Positions 29,750 to 40,004 of a DNA stretch of 64,000 bases are shown piece after piece; the first letter of the stretch is position 1, and each line of letters starts with the position of its first letter. A model generated the notes under the pieces. The model was given only the letters and a program-made list of their open reading frames with translations, searched no databases and was not told where the DNA came from. A program made the position numbers and the translations under genes. Source of the DNA: Candidatus Uhrbacteria bacterium CG10_big_fil_rev_8_21_14_0_10_50_16 (GTDB taxonomy: Bacteria; Patescibacteriota; Patescibacteriia; UBA9934; UBA11717); NCBI GenBank assembly GCA_002774875.1, contig PCYM01000005.1:1979-65978 (forward strand). The letters are read 5' to 3'.

Positions 29750-30225
29750 AGGTAAATTTCGGTGGACGGCGTACCAAACATACGTTGTCGTTATTACAAT
29801 CGGCAATCGTTGTGCCGTTGATCGGTTTGGTGGTCACGATCTCAATGGGATTGTTGTTGTATCGTGATGTTTCCGTGATGCAAGATTATGTTACGGTTCG
29901 AGCCGAAGTCGTGTCTGTGACAAGGAAGCATTCTTACAGATCACGCACAAAAGACTGGGTGGATCTAAGCTATACGGTCGACGCAATGGCGTATCACACG
30001 CATTATTATCGTCCACTACATGCAAAACCACCAATTGAGAAAGGAGAATATGTTCAGGTCGCCGTGAATCAACAATGGCCGGATTATGCCATTGAGATGC
30101 GAGATGATTGGGAGATGCGATTGTGGACGGGTTGGCTTGTCGGTCTACTGGTCATTGGAGGAATTGACGTTATTGCCGTTCTGGCCGTTGTTAAATACCT
30201 TAAAAGCAAGCGAACGGTCCTCTGA
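29746..30225 (+). CDS. DUF3592-like membrane protein (TM - beta domain - TM)
   Basis: N-terminal TM, central soluble region, C-terminal TM; ATGA overlap with alr. Confidence 0.55.
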   Translation: MKVNFGGRRTKHTLSLLQSAIVVPLIGLVVTISMGLLLYRDVSVMQDYVTVRAEVVSVTRKHSYRSRTKDWVDLSYTVDAMAYHTHYYRPLHAKPPIEKGEYVQVAVNQQWPDYAIEMRDDWEMRLWTGWLVGLLVIGGIDVIAVLAVVKYLKSKRTVL

Positions 30226-30269
30226 TTGGATCTTTAACGAGAGTTTGCTACACTCGCATCAAATTACCT

Positions 30270-30902
30270 ATGATTATATTACTACTTGGACCACAGGGAG
30301 CTGGAAAGGGAACACAGGGCGAGCGACTTTCAGAGACGCTTGGCTATCCGCTTATTGGTGCAGGCGCACTGTTGCGCGAAGAAAAAGCGAGCGGATCGGA
30401 TTTGGGAAAACGGATTGGAGAGATTATCGACGCAGGGAATCTGGTGCCGCCCGACATGATCACGGAGATGTTGGACAAACGTTTGCAGCAGGATGACGCA
30501 AAGGAAGGTGTGTTGATCGATGGATATCCGCGTGATCCAGAGCAACTGCGACTTATGTTTGAGCGATTTACACCGGATCTGGTGTTTGTTCTTGAATTGG
30601 ATGATCAAACAGCGGTTGAGCGTCTAGGTGGTCGGTGGATGTGTGCAGACGGGCATATTTATAATCTTCAATCTAATCCTCCAAAGCAGGCGGGCGTGTG
30701 TGATGTCGATGGAGGGGAGTTGTTTCAACGTGCAGATGATGAAGAAGGGGCAATTAGAAAGCGTTTGGCAATTTACCATGCCGATACAGCACCGCTTATT
30801 GCACAGATGGAAGAACGGGGGGTACGAGTAATTAAAGTTGATGCGTCACAGGATATTGATTCCGTGCAACGGGATATCTTGCAGACGGTTCAAGAAAAAT
30901 AA
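30270..30902 (+). CDS. adk: Adenylate kinase
   Basis: GPQGAGKGTQ P-loop; LID with CxxG...CDVDG. Confidence 0.92.
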   Translation: MIILLLGPQGAGKGTQGERLSETLGYPLIGAGALLREEKASGSDLGKRIGEIIDAGNLVPPDMITEMLDKRLQQDDAKEGVLIDGYPRDPEQLRLMFERFTPDLVFVLELDDQTAVERLGGRWMCADGHIYNLQSNPPKQAGVCDVDGGELFQRADDEEGAIRKRLAIYHADTAPLIAQMEERGVRVIKVDASQDIDSVQRDILQTVQEK

Positions 30903-30924
30903 TCAGCCTTTTGGCTGGTTTTTG
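30903..30924 (+). terminator. Intrinsic terminator after adk
   Basis: cagcc tttt ggctg followed by gttttt. Confidence 0.55.
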
Positions 30925-30997
30925 AATCGACAAATAGCAGAGATTTTGGTAATCTGTACCTAATTCTCTTATTTTTTGGTCGAATTATTACCTCTCT

Positions 30998-31774
30998 ATG
31001 GCACTTATCAAATCAACTCACGACATTGAATCATTGCGAAGAGGAGGGAAAATCTTATCTGACGCACTTGGTGCGGCAGTAAAAGCGGTAAAGCCGGGCG
31101 TGACGATGCGGGAATTAGATAAAATCGCCGAAGATTCTATGCGAAAGGCGGGCGCGGAACCGTCGTTTTTAGACTACACGGCAGGTGGAGATACACCATT
31201 TCCCGCAACCGTTTGTATCTCACGGAACGAGGAAGTGATTCATGGACCGGGGGATCGAGATATTGCCTTGCGCGAAGGAGATATTGTGGGATTGGACATT
31301 GGATGTTGGTATGAAGGGTTGTGTACGGATATGGCAATCACTGTGCCTGTGGGCGAGGTAACGACGGACGCGCGATCGCTGATGAATGTTACAAAGATGT
31401 CCTTGCAGAAGGGGATTGAGGCGGCAAAGGCGGGAAAGAAATTGCAAACAATCAGCCAAGCGATCGAGAACACAATTAAGCCTCACGGATACGGAATTGT
31501 CACAAGCTACCTGGGGCATGGAGTTGGGCATGCCGTTCACGAGGATCCTATGGTACCGAATTTTGTTTCTAGCCAATTTGATAATCCGAAATTACGTGTA
31601 GGAATGGTTCTTGCGCTGGAGCCGATGGTGACGCTTGGAAGTGAAGAGTTGACATTGGCCGACGACGATTGGTCAGCGATTACGGTGGATGGATCAATTG
31701 CCGCCCACTTTGAGCAGACGATCGTGATTACAGAAACCGGTGCAGAGATTCTCACGCCTTTTCCTGAGGTATGA
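30998..31774 (+). CDS. map: Methionine aminopeptidase type I
   Basis: Pita-bread fold motifs (D..D.H..E..E); 258 aa. Confidence 0.9.
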   Translation: MALIKSTHDIESLRRGGKILSDALGAAVKAVKPGVTMRELDKIAEDSMRKAGAEPSFLDYTAGGDTPFPATVCISRNEEVIHGPGDRDIALREGDIVGLDIGCWYEGLCTDMAITVPVGEVTTDARSLMNVTKMSLQKGIEAAKAGKKLQTISQAIENTIKPHGYGIVTSYLGHGVGHAVHEDPMVPNFVSSQFDNPKLRVGMVLALEPMVTLGSEELTLADDDWSAITVDGSIAAHFEQTIVITETGAEILTPFPEV

Positions 31775-32166
31775 AGCGGATACTAGGAATTGATCTGGGA
31801 ACCAAGCGACTTGGGTTTGCACTTGGCGAGCCGGTTACGGGAATGGCGGTTCCCTTGGACGTCGTGGAGTTGAACGGACAGGATCCCGTGCAGCTTGTGG
31901 CCGATATGGTGCGAGAAGATGGATATGACTTTATTGTGATGGGGGAGGCACGCACGGCCGATGGCGAGGCAACGCCGATGAGTGAGCGTGCGGCGGCGTT
32001 TGCAAAAGAGCTACAAGACGCCACAGGCGTAACGGTGGCACTCGTCAACGAACATCTTACATCGCGCGCAAGTGATACACTGGCAGAGGAAGCTGGCCGG
32101 TCGCGTCACGACGACGCGTTGGCTGCCATGCTCATTGTTCAAGAATTTCTCAACGAACGCCCATAA
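31771..32166 (+). CDS. ruvX: Putative pre-16S rRNA nuclease / Holliday junction resolvase YqgF
   Basis: MKRILGIDLGTKRLGFALGE RNase H-like start; ATGA overlap. Confidence 0.88.
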   Translation: MKRILGIDLGTKRLGFALGEPVTGMAVPLDVVELNGQDPVQLVADMVREDGYDFIVMGEARTADGEATPMSERAAAFAKELQDATGVTVALVNEHLTSRASDTLAEEAGRSRHDDALAAMLIVQEFLNERP

Positions 32167-32174
32167 TTGCCACC

Positions 32175-32948
32175 ATGACCTCCGTCCTCACAGGATTTGT
32201 TCTCGCATGTCGTGACTACAGAGAGCACGACCGATTTTATACACTCTATACGCGAGAACGGGGCAAAGTGCAGGTCATGGCGGTGGGCGCGCGAAAGTTT
32301 CAAAGCAAGCTGGCGGCACATACATCACCCTTCACCGAGTTGACAGTTATGGTGGCGCATGGAAAGCTATGGCTAAAGCTTGCAGGTGTGGAGCGGGGAA
32401 TGGACTTTGCGAGGATTCGCGAAGAATTATCCCTTTTTGGCCTAGGACTTGGGTTGAATGAGCTTATGCATCGCGCGATTGGCGACGGTGAGCCGGATGC
32501 AAGCTTGTATGCGTTTTTGGCAGATGCCTATGCATGGATTCAAACGCTTCCAGATCTCACTGGTACACGTTTGATGTTTGTGCAGAGTGCGCTTACGCTC
32601 AAGTGGCTGGTATTGATCGGGTTCGGACCTCATGCAGATGCCTGTGTTCGCTGCCGCACGCCACACGGAGAGATTTCACAGCCGTTTATCTCTACATCTC
32701 ACGGCGGTCTGGTCTGTAATACATGTGTCCAAGAACAGCGATCCTCATTTGCCGATGCACAGGAGTTGACGCAAGAGGTTCTGGCGGCGCTCCGGTTCTT
32801 ATCCTCTGCTCCGTTTGAAGCATTGCTCACAGATCGACTCGACCCGCTCTTGGATACGCTGATAGAAATTCAAGACGCCTTTACGCACTATCATTTAGAA
32901 CGAGAATTACGTGTTCCTACATTTCTTCAACATATAGCAACGGTATGA
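32175..32948 (+). CDS. recO: DNA repair protein RecO
   Basis: N-terminal OB fold; C-terminal CxxC...CxxC zinc motif. Confidence 0.85.
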   Translation: MTSVLTGFVLACRDYREHDRFYTLYTRERGKVQVMAVGARKFQSKLAAHTSPFTELTVMVAHGKLWLKLAGVERGMDFARIREELSLFGLGLGLNELMHRAIGDGEPDASLYAFLADAYAWIQTLPDLTGTRLMFVQSALTLKWLVLIGFGPHADACVRCRTPHGEISQPFISTSHGGLVCNTCVQEQRSSFADAQELTQEVLAALRFLSSAPFEALLTDRLDPLLDTLIEIQDAFTHYHLERELRVPTFLQHIATV

Positions 32949-34237
32949 AAACGACGATTTCACAACTTTCTACACAATTAGAGCAGGTCGTCGAACTTGC
33001 TGGTTGGACCTACGCATTACGGTCTTCTGGTAAGATCGCGTTTTTGCAGTTTCGTGATGGAACAGGCTACGTACAAGTCGTTTTTGAAAAAGAAAAGTTG
33101 TCCGACGCCGATTGGGAGTTGCTCACGCACCTGGAGCAAGAATCTTCTGTATCCGTAACTGGCACTGTCGTAAAAGACGATCGCTCGCCAACAGGCGTGG
33201 AGGTACAGGGGATTACGGTTGCGTTGGTGAGCACGTCTACAAACTACCCGATTACGCCAAAAGAACATGGCACAGATTTTTTGATGGATCATAGGCATTT
33301 GTGGTTGCGATCTAAGCGGCCGTGGGCTATGATGCGTGTGCGCGATACCATTGAGCGTGCAACGTCGGAGTTTATGCACGATCAGGATTTTCTGCGAATG
33401 GATGCACCTATTCTGACACCAAGTGCGTGTGAGGGGACAACGGAACTGTACGAGGTAGACCATTTTGGACGTCCAGCGTACTTGAGCCAATCGGGTCAGT
33501 TGTACTCTGAAGCGGGCATTTTTGCTCATGGTCGTGTGTATGATTTTGGTCCTGTTTTTCGGGCAGAAAAGAGCAAAACACGGCGACATTTAAACGAATT
33601 TTGGATGATGGATGCCGAGGCGGCATATGTCGATTGGCAGGAAAACATGCAAATTCAGGAGGATTTGGTGCTCTATATCATCAAACGTGTTCTTGAGGAG
33701 CGTCGTTATGAGTTGGAGACGATTCTAGAACGTGATGTGTCAAAACTAGAGATTATAAAGGGCCCATTCCCGCGAATCGAACATAAGACAGTCGTCAAAA
33801 TGTTACAAGATGCCGGAAGCGATATTCAAGAAGACGAGGATTTGGGGGCTGACGACGAAACGATTCTCACCCAACAATTTGATATGCCTATTTTTGTTAC
33901 TAAGTATCCGGCAAAAATAAAAGCGTTTTATATGAAGGCAGATCCAGAGGATGCGACACGAGCGTTGTGTAGTGATATGTTGGCACCAGAAGGATATGGT
34001 GAGGTCATCGGTGGGTCAGAACGAGAAGTAGATCTTGCACGATTGCAAGAAAAAATTCGCGCGCATAATCTTCCAATGGATCAATTTGAGTGGTACTTGG
34101 ATTTGCGTCGCTTTGGTTCGGTTCCACATTCCGGATTCGGTTACGGGTTGGAGCGATTGGTGATGTGGTTATGTGGCACCAAACATGTGCGTGAAGCGAT
34201 TCCGTTTCCGCGAACGCTCAATCGTCTTGAACCATAG
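32945..34237 (+). CDS. asnS: Asparaginyl-tRNA synthetase
   Basis: Class II motifs; FRAEKSKTRRHLNEFWMMDAE (AsnRS-type motif 2); GGSEREVD; GFGYGLERLV motif 3; 430 aa. Confidence 0.85.
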   Translation: MKTTISQLSTQLEQVVELAGWTYALRSSGKIAFLQFRDGTGYVQVVFEKEKLSDADWELLTHLEQESSVSVTGTVVKDDRSPTGVEVQGITVALVSTSTNYPITPKEHGTDFLMDHRHLWLRSKRPWAMMRVRDTIERATSEFMHDQDFLRMDAPILTPSACEGTTELYEVDHFGRPAYLSQSGQLYSEAGIFAHGRVYDFGPVFRAEKSKTRRHLNEFWMMDAEAAYVDWQENMQIQEDLVLYIIKRVLEERRYELETILERDVSKLEIIKGPFPRIEHKTVVKMLQDAGSDIQEDEDLGADDETILTQQFDMPIFVTKYPAKIKAFYMKADPEDATRALCSDMLAPEGYGEVIGGSEREVDLARLQEKIRAHNLPMDQFEWYLDLRRFGSVPHSGFGYGLERLVMWLCGTKHVREAIPFPRTLNRLEP

Positions 34238-34238
34238 T

Positions 34239-34631
34239 ATGGATGAAGTGGTGTTGGGAATTGTTTGTCGAAGAGGGAAGGTCCTTCTCGTTAAGCGTCA
34301 AAGAGATGACGACTTTGTTTGGTCGTTGCCGGGCGGTAAAATTGAAGCAGGAGAGACAAAGGAATATGCGATTATTCGTGAAATTCGAGAAGAGTCGGGA
34401 GTTGACTGCGTGGCGGTGAAGGAAATTGGTCGACGTATCCATCCAACAACCGGGCGCTCATTGAGTTATTGGGAATGCCGTTACCACTCGGGTGTTCTCT
34501 ATCCTCGCGTAAAGACGATCGAGGAGGTTGCTTGGTTTACAAGGGAGGAAGCGTTGGAACGATTGGGAACATCATTATTTGACCCGGCAAAGGATTTTTT
34601 GACAAGCTGTTCTGTTGATAAGGGTATTTAG
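34239..34631 (+). CDS. NUDIX hydrolase
   Basis: Nudix box LPGGKIEAGETKEYAIIREIREESGV. Confidence 0.85.
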   Translation: MDEVVLGIVCRRGKVLLVKRQRDDDFVWSLPGGKIEAGETKEYAIIREIREESGVDCVAVKEIGRRIHPTTGRSLSYWECRYHSGVLYPRVKTIEEVAWFTREEALERLGTSLFDPAKDFLTSCSVDKGI

Positions 34632-34757
34632 GAGTCGCTGATTGACGAAGTGAGAAGCAGATGTCATTATTTATGTGTATGAAGAACCTCTATTTTATCC
34701 AGGAGAATAATAGCCGGCCCCAGCTGGCGTAGTTTTCTTGTAAATGAGAGAAAATAG

Positions 34758-34785
34758 GCCAGCCGCGGGGCTGGTATTTTGTTCT
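34758..34785 (+). terminator. Intrinsic terminator downstream of the nudix gene
   Basis: ccagcc gcgg ggctgg perfect hairpin followed by tattttgtt. Confidence 0.55.
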
Positions 34786-34830
34786 GGCCGAGAGGGCCGG
34801 AATGCGGTAGAATTCAATCAATTCTTTAAT

Positions 34831-36234
34831 ATGACAGAACGAACATTAGCAAAAGACACAGTAGAATTAGTTGGACAAACGGTGACAATAAAAGGGTGGG
34901 TCAACGCCCGTCGCAACATGGGAAAAGTGGCGTTTTTGGATATGCGAGACCGAACGGGTATCTTACAAGTTGTTGTCGTACCGGCTGAGTTGGATGATGC
35001 GTCACAAGGAAAAACGGACGAGATTCGATCGGAATACGTCTTGGAAGTAACGGGAGAGGTAAAGGCGCGCGGAGAAAAACAACGCAATCCAAATATGGTT
35101 ACAGGAACGGTTGAGCTTCTTGCCAAATCTGTTCGTATCTTGAATGTGGCAGAGACCACCCCGTTTGAAATAGACAAAGACACGCGTGGGATCAACGAGG
35201 AGTTGCGACTTAAATATCGCTACTTGGATTTGCGCACGGAACGGATGCAAAAGAACATCCGCATGCGAGACCAGATTATTACGTTTTTCCGATCGTACAT
35301 GCATGCCAATGACTTTGTGGAAATCGAGACACCGATTCTCATGAAGGGAACGCCGGAGGGGTCTCGCGAATACATTGTTCCATCTCGTTTGCACGCGGGA
35401 TCATTTTACGTATTGCCACAGTCTCCACAGCAATTTAAACAACTGTCGATGGTGGCGGGGTTTGAACGATACTTTCAAATTGCGCGCTGTTTTCGAGATG
35501 AAGATCAACGAGGAGACCGACAGCCCGAGTTTACGCAACTGGACTTTGAAATGTCTTTTGTGACGCAGGAAGAAATTTTGGCCTACACTGAGGCGATGTT
35601 TATTGAGCTTGTTACGACACTATTCCCAGAGAAAACCATTACATCTGTGCCGTTTACACGCTTGTCCTACGCTGAGGCGATGGAATTACATGGAACCGAT
35701 AAACCGGATCTACGTGTCAACAAAGAAGATCCAAATGAGTTGGCCTTTTGTTGGATTTTGGACTTTCCGATGTTTGAGACAATGGAGGACGGCAGTATTC
35801 AATCGATGCATCATCCGTTTTGTTCGGTGAAGGCGGAGGACGAAGCAAAACTGATGAGCGGAGAAGACATGATGTCTATTCGTACGAATGCGTACGACCT
35901 CGTGTTGAATGGATTTGAATTGAGTTCCGGATCTATTCGAATCCATACCGCAGAAATGCAAAAGCGAATTTTTGAGCTCTTGAATGTTAGCGAAGAAGAA
36001 CAGAAGTTGCGCTTTGGCCACATTCTGGAGGCATTTACCTTTGGTGCACCTCCCCATGGAGGATTTGCCCCGGGGATTGATCGTATTGTTATGCTCATGA
36101 TGGGCGAACCGAATATTCGAGAGGTGATCGCGTTTCCAAAAGATGGTCATGCACGAGATGTAATGATGGATGCACCGGGACCGTTGCCAACGCGCACGCT
36201 TGACGAAGTTCACATAAGTATAAAAAATGCGTAA
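34831..36234 (+). CDS. aspS: Aspartyl-tRNA synthetase, bacterial type, lacking the GAD insertion domain
   Basis: QSPQQFKQL...FRDEDQRGDRQPEFTQLDFE motif 2; DKPDLRVNKEDPNELAFCWILDFPMFE shows GAD deleted; GGFAPGIDR motif 3. Start chosen at MTERTL. Confidence 0.85.
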   Translation: MTERTLAKDTVELVGQTVTIKGWVNARRNMGKVAFLDMRDRTGILQVVVVPAELDDASQGKTDEIRSEYVLEVTGEVKARGEKQRNPNMVTGTVELLAKSVRILNVAETTPFEIDKDTRGINEELRLKYRYLDLRTERMQKNIRMRDQIITFFRSYMHANDFVEIETPILMKGTPEGSREYIVPSRLHAGSFYVLPQSPQQFKQLSMVAGFERYFQIARCFRDEDQRGDRQPEFTQLDFEMSFVTQEEILAYTEAMFIELVTTLFPEKTITSVPFTRLSYAEAMELHGTDKPDLRVNKEDPNELAFCWILDFPMFETMEDGSIQSMHHPFCSVKAEDEAKLMSGEDMMSIRTNAYDLVLNGFELSSGSIRIHTAEMQKRIFELLNVSEEEQKLRFGHILEAFTFGAPPHGGFAPGIDRIVMLMMGEPNIREVIAFPKDGHARDVMMDAPGPLPTRTLDEVHISIKNA

Positions 36235-36919
36235 CGAGTACGCCGTTAACATTGAAGTATTCCAAGGGCCGTTATCGGTCCTTTTGGAGTTAATCGAGAA
36301 GCAGACACTAGAAATTAGCAATGTGAGCCTCGGGTCGATTACAGAAGATTTTTTGCGCCACATTGAGCAGGTAGAGGAAATTGCGCCACACGAGGTGGCA
36401 GATTTTTTGCTTGTTGCAGGACGGCTTCTGTATCTCAAATCAAAGCTCTTGCTCCCAGGCCTCGCGATCGAAGAAGACGAAGACGTGGATCTTACGGGTC
36501 AGTTAAAACTTTATCAACGATTTGCCGAGGCGGCGACTATTATTGCAGATCGTGCAGCATCGCAGCGAGTCGCGTATACTGCACCTAGATTGAAGATAGA
36601 GATTCCTGCATTTAGCCCGCCAACGCTTACGGCCGAGGAATTGGCGGCGGCCGTGCGAGCGCTTACGGAACGCGTCAAACCGTATGTGGATTTGCCGGAA
36701 AAAATGCTACAACGCACGGTCACCGTGGAGGAAAAGATTGAGCAGTTGAAGGCACGGATTCAACAAGAGGCAACCATTTATTTCCATGATGTAACGCAAC
36801 GTGGATCCAAATCGGACATTGTCGCAAGTTTTCTCGCCTTGCTTGAGTTGCTCAAACAAGATATTTTGCGTGTAGAGCAAAAAGGACACTTTGATGACAT
36901 TTCTATTACCCGCGTATGA
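36227..36919 (+). CDS. scpA: Segregation and condensation protein A
   Basis: VFQGPLSVLLELIEKQ... ScpA kleisin N-terminus. Confidence 0.85.
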   Translation: MRNEYAVNIEVFQGPLSVLLELIEKQTLEISNVSLGSITEDFLRHIEQVEEIAPHEVADFLLVAGRLLYLKSKLLLPGLAIEEDEDVDLTGQLKLYQRFAEAATIIADRAASQRVAYTAPRLKIEIPAFSPPTLTAEELAAAVRALTERVKPYVDLPEKMLQRTVTVEEKIEQLKARIQQEATIYFHDVTQRGSKSDIVASFLALLELLKQDILRVEQKGHFDDISITRV

Positions 36920-37452
36920 ACATCCCAACACGTAATTTAGAAGCGATCCTGTTTGCTGCAGGGAAGCCTATGACAAAAAAACAGCTGCAGCGTGTGTTGT
37001 CTATTGACGATGCGAGTCTTCGCGAAGTGCTTGATCAAATAGCACAACATTTAAACACGGAGGGGTCGGGTGTGCGACTCTTTGAGTCGGCGTTAGATGT
37101 GGCACTTGTCACAAACCCGGATGCGGCGGATGTCGTGCGAGACGTGTTACAAAAAGACGTTACGGGGGAGTTGACCAAGCCATCCATTGAGACACTCGCG
37201 ATTATTGCCTACCGTGGACCAATTACCAAACCAGAGCTTGAGCAAGTGCGTGGTGTTAATTGTTCGCTTATTTTGCGCAACCTTCTTATTCGCGGGTTGA
37301 TTGAGGAAATTTCGGAAAAACGCACTGTCACTTATGTTGTGTCGATGGAGTTTTTGCAGCATATGGGGTACGACCGTGTAGATATACTTCCAGACTATGT
37401 TGCTTTGCACGAACATGCACTCTTAAGTGCTCTCATGAAACAAGAAGGCTAA
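36916..37452 (+). CDS. scpB: Segregation and condensation protein B
   Basis: LEAILFAAGKPMTKKQL winged-helix ScpB. Confidence 0.85.
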   Translation: MNIPTRNLEAILFAAGKPMTKKQLQRVLSIDDASLREVLDQIAQHLNTEGSGVRLFESALDVALVTNPDAADVVRDVLQKDVTGELTKPSIETLAIIAYRGPITKPELEQVRGVNCSLILRNLLIRGLIEEISEKRTVTYVVSMEFLQHMGYDRVDILPDYVALHEHALLSALMKQEG

Positions 37453-37453
37453 C

Positions 37454-38407
37454 ATGCGCGTAAACGCTGTTGTAAATGTGCTACTGGCGCTTGTACTTAC
37501 GCCCTTTGCCATGACTCCCACGACGAGCCCTTCTTCTGTTGCACTCTCGGACGTTATTGCGCGTGCCGTGCAGATCGAAACGGGTTCTTTTCCATTAGCG
37601 GGACATCGCGGACCTCAGCGTGTAGACGTGCAAAGTCTCGGTGTGGTAACAGACGCGCCCAGCGTGTTGATTCGTGACGTAGAGACAGGGGTACCTCTTA
37701 TGCAGCGCGGGGAAGAGATTAAACGTCCGATCGCAAGTATTACAAAATTGATGACAGCGCTTGTTTTATTGGAAGACTACACATGGAATTGGGAAGATGC
37801 GGCAACGGTCAAGCAAGAAGACGTGACGGTTGGCGGCCGTTGGTATTATCGATTTAATGACGCGCTGAACATGGAGGACTTGTTTACCATGATGCTGGTG
37901 GCATCTGGGAACAATGAAACACACGCGCTTGTACGAGAGGTTGGCGCAACACAGGAAGAATTTGTGGCAAAAATGAATCGCAAAGCGGAGCAAATTGGTA
38001 TGCAAAATGCCACATTTGGAGATCCTATCGGGCTTGATCCTCACAACGCAGCCACGGCACAAGACGTCATGGTGTTATTGAACGAGGCGCTGCAACATGA
38101 GGAGATTGCCAGTCGTGTAGCACATGGGTCGGTTCACGTGGTTTCCGGGATTGGAAACGTTTATGATGTGGAAGGAACGAATGAGCTGTTCCATTCGTTT
38201 TTAAATCAGTCTCCGTATAAAGTTGTTGGAGGGAAGACGGGATCATTGGACGAAGCGGGCTATTGTTTGACGACGCGCATTGAGCGTGATGGACATTTGG
38301 TGGATGTAGTCGTGCTTGGTGCGAGTCAACCTGAGGCGCGATTTTCTGATGCAAAAGACTTGGTGAGCTGGGCGTTTGACGTCTTTTCTTGGGAGAGAGA
38401 TTTATGA
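37454..38407 (+). CDS. D-alanyl-D-alanine carboxypeptidase (peptidase S11, PBP5-like)
   Basis: SITK (SxxK), SGNN (SxN), KTGS (KTG) motifs; N-terminal signal/TM. Confidence 0.85.
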   Translation: MRVNAVVNVLLALVLTPFAMTPTTSPSSVALSDVIARAVQIETGSFPLAGHRGPQRVDVQSLGVVTDAPSVLIRDVETGVPLMQRGEEIKRPIASITKLMTALVLLEDYTWNWEDAATVKQEDVTVGGRWYYRFNDALNMEDLFTMMLVASGNNETHALVREVGATQEEFVAKMNRKAEQIGMQNATFGDPIGLDPHNAATAQDVMVLLNEALQHEEIASRVAHGSVHVVSGIGNVYDVEGTNELFHSFLNQSPYKVVGGKTGSLDEAGYCLTTRIERDGHLVDVVVLGASQPEARFSDAKDLVSWAFDVFSWERDL

Positions 38408-38907
38408 TCGACATGGTTGTACAACAGTTTCAGGGAATCTCCCCTGCATGGGCGACGTTTTTTATTGCGATGTTACCGATTTTAGAGGTGCGAGGAGCGG
38501 TTGTGCTCGGTATTGAGTTTTTTCATTTGCCGATTGTTTCTGTTATGGGCCTCTCGTTTTTTGGAAGTGTGATTCCGGCAATCTTACTTCCGGCACTCCT
38601 TGAGATTGTTGAACGACCGTTGCGTAAAGCGGTTCCGTTTGTGGATCGATTGTTCGTTTGGATCTCGCAACATGTGGAACATCGCTATACGGATAAATAC
38701 CGTGCGATGGGATCTCTGGGGTTAATCCTTTTTATTGCCATTCCACTTCCCGGAACGGGTGTGTGGACCGGTGCACTTGCGGCGTGGATTTTCTCCATTC
38801 CAAAACGCTATGCCATCCCGGCAATTATCATGGGCACAGGCGCTGCAACATTGATTGTAACGCTCACGACCCTCGGGGGTTTTGCATTATTTAGGGCTGT
38901 TGTATGA
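38404..38907 (+). CDS. Small multidrug-export-family membrane protein (COG2426-like)
   Basis: 4-TM protein with the PLPGTGVWTGALAAWIF segment typical of this family; ATGA overlap. Confidence 0.6.
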   Translation: MIDMVVQQFQGISPAWATFFIAMLPILEVRGAVVLGIEFFHLPIVSVMGLSFFGSVIPAILLPALLEIVERPLRKAVPFVDRLFVWISQHVEHRYTDKYRAMGSLGLILFIAIPLPGTGVWTGALAAWIFSIPKRYAIPAIIMGTGAATLIVTLTTLGGFALFRAVV

Positions 38908-40004
38908 GAATTGGGATTGACCTGACGTGGCAGGGTAGTCAGCCAGCAGGTGTGGGAACGATGGTGGGAGAAGTGTTACAGGAGCTCGCATCTCGTAGAG
39001 AGATCGAGCTTGTTGTGTTTGTAAAACAGGGTGTGTTGCCTCAAAAAGAATATGGTCACGTGGTAGAAGTCTCGTTGGGTGTGGGGAAGCATTTGAACCT
39101 TTATTGGTCGATAAAACAAGCACGGTTGGATGTTCTGTGGCAGGTGGGAGATTGGTTACCGTTGTTATTGCCACGTGATTTGCGGACGATTCAAACGGTG
39201 CATGATCTTATCTCGGTGGAGCATCCAGAATGGTTTCCGCAAACAGGCGTCTCGCGTTGGTGGTCATGGAATATGCGGGTGAAGCACGCGATTCGGGGCG
39301 CAACCGTCGTCCATGCAATTTCAACGTGGACTGCCGGTTGTATTTTACGGTCTTTCCCAGAGGTGAAGGATCGAGTCGTGATGGCGTATCAGGGAGTACG
39401 AACACCGGAAAAAATTCAAAAAACGCTATCGAATGGGATTCATTATCCGTTTGTGTTGATCCTTGGAACGATTGAGCCGCGTAAAAATATTCCCTTTGCC
39501 TGCCAATCTTTTTTGCAATTTGCCCAAGAGTACCCAGAGCCTCACCTGGTGATTGCAGGGAAGGAGGGATGGAAGTCGGGAGCATCGATAGAGGCGATTT
39601 GCGCGTTACAGCAAGCCTTGCCGGGTCGTGTACATGTACGATCGTACGTGACCGATGAGGAGAAGTGGACATTATTACAAGAGGCGTCGGCGTTATTGAT
39701 GATGTCACACGCGGAAGGGTTTGGACGACCGGTGATTGAGGCGATGTCGGTTGGAACTCCTGTGATTGCCTCGGCGAATTCTGCGTTGCAGGAAATTACT
39801 GAGGACGCCGGCGTGTTAGTCCCACCTGGTGATTTACAGAAGACCGCACGTGCGCTCTGGCGTGTGCTCTATCATCCGTTGCTTACAGACCGTTTGATTC
39901 CGCTCGGATTGGATCGCGCACGTTGCTTTTTGACAAGTCAGATGGCGGATCAAGTAATGGTAAGATTGAAGGTCGATTTGATTAATAACAAAACAACCTC
40001 CTAG
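38904..40004 (+). CDS. Glycosyltransferase family 4 (GT-B)
   Basis: EGFGRPVIEAMSVGTPVIAS EX7E-type motif. Confidence 0.85.
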   Translation: MRIGIDLTWQGSQPAGVGTMVGEVLQELASRREIELVVFVKQGVLPQKEYGHVVEVSLGVGKHLNLYWSIKQARLDVLWQVGDWLPLLLPRDLRTIQTVHDLISVEHPEWFPQTGVSRWWSWNMRVKHAIRGATVVHAISTWTAGCILRSFPEVKDRVVMAYQGVRTPEKIQKTLSNGIHYPFVLILGTIEPRKNIPFACQSFLQFAQEYPEPHLVIAGKEGWKSGASIEAICALQQALPGRVHVRSYVTDEEKWTLLQEASALLMMSHAEGFGRPVIEAMSVGTPVIASANSALQEITEDAGVLVPPGDLQKTARALWRVLYHPLLTDRLIPLGLDRARCFLTSQMADQVMVRLKVDLINNKTTS

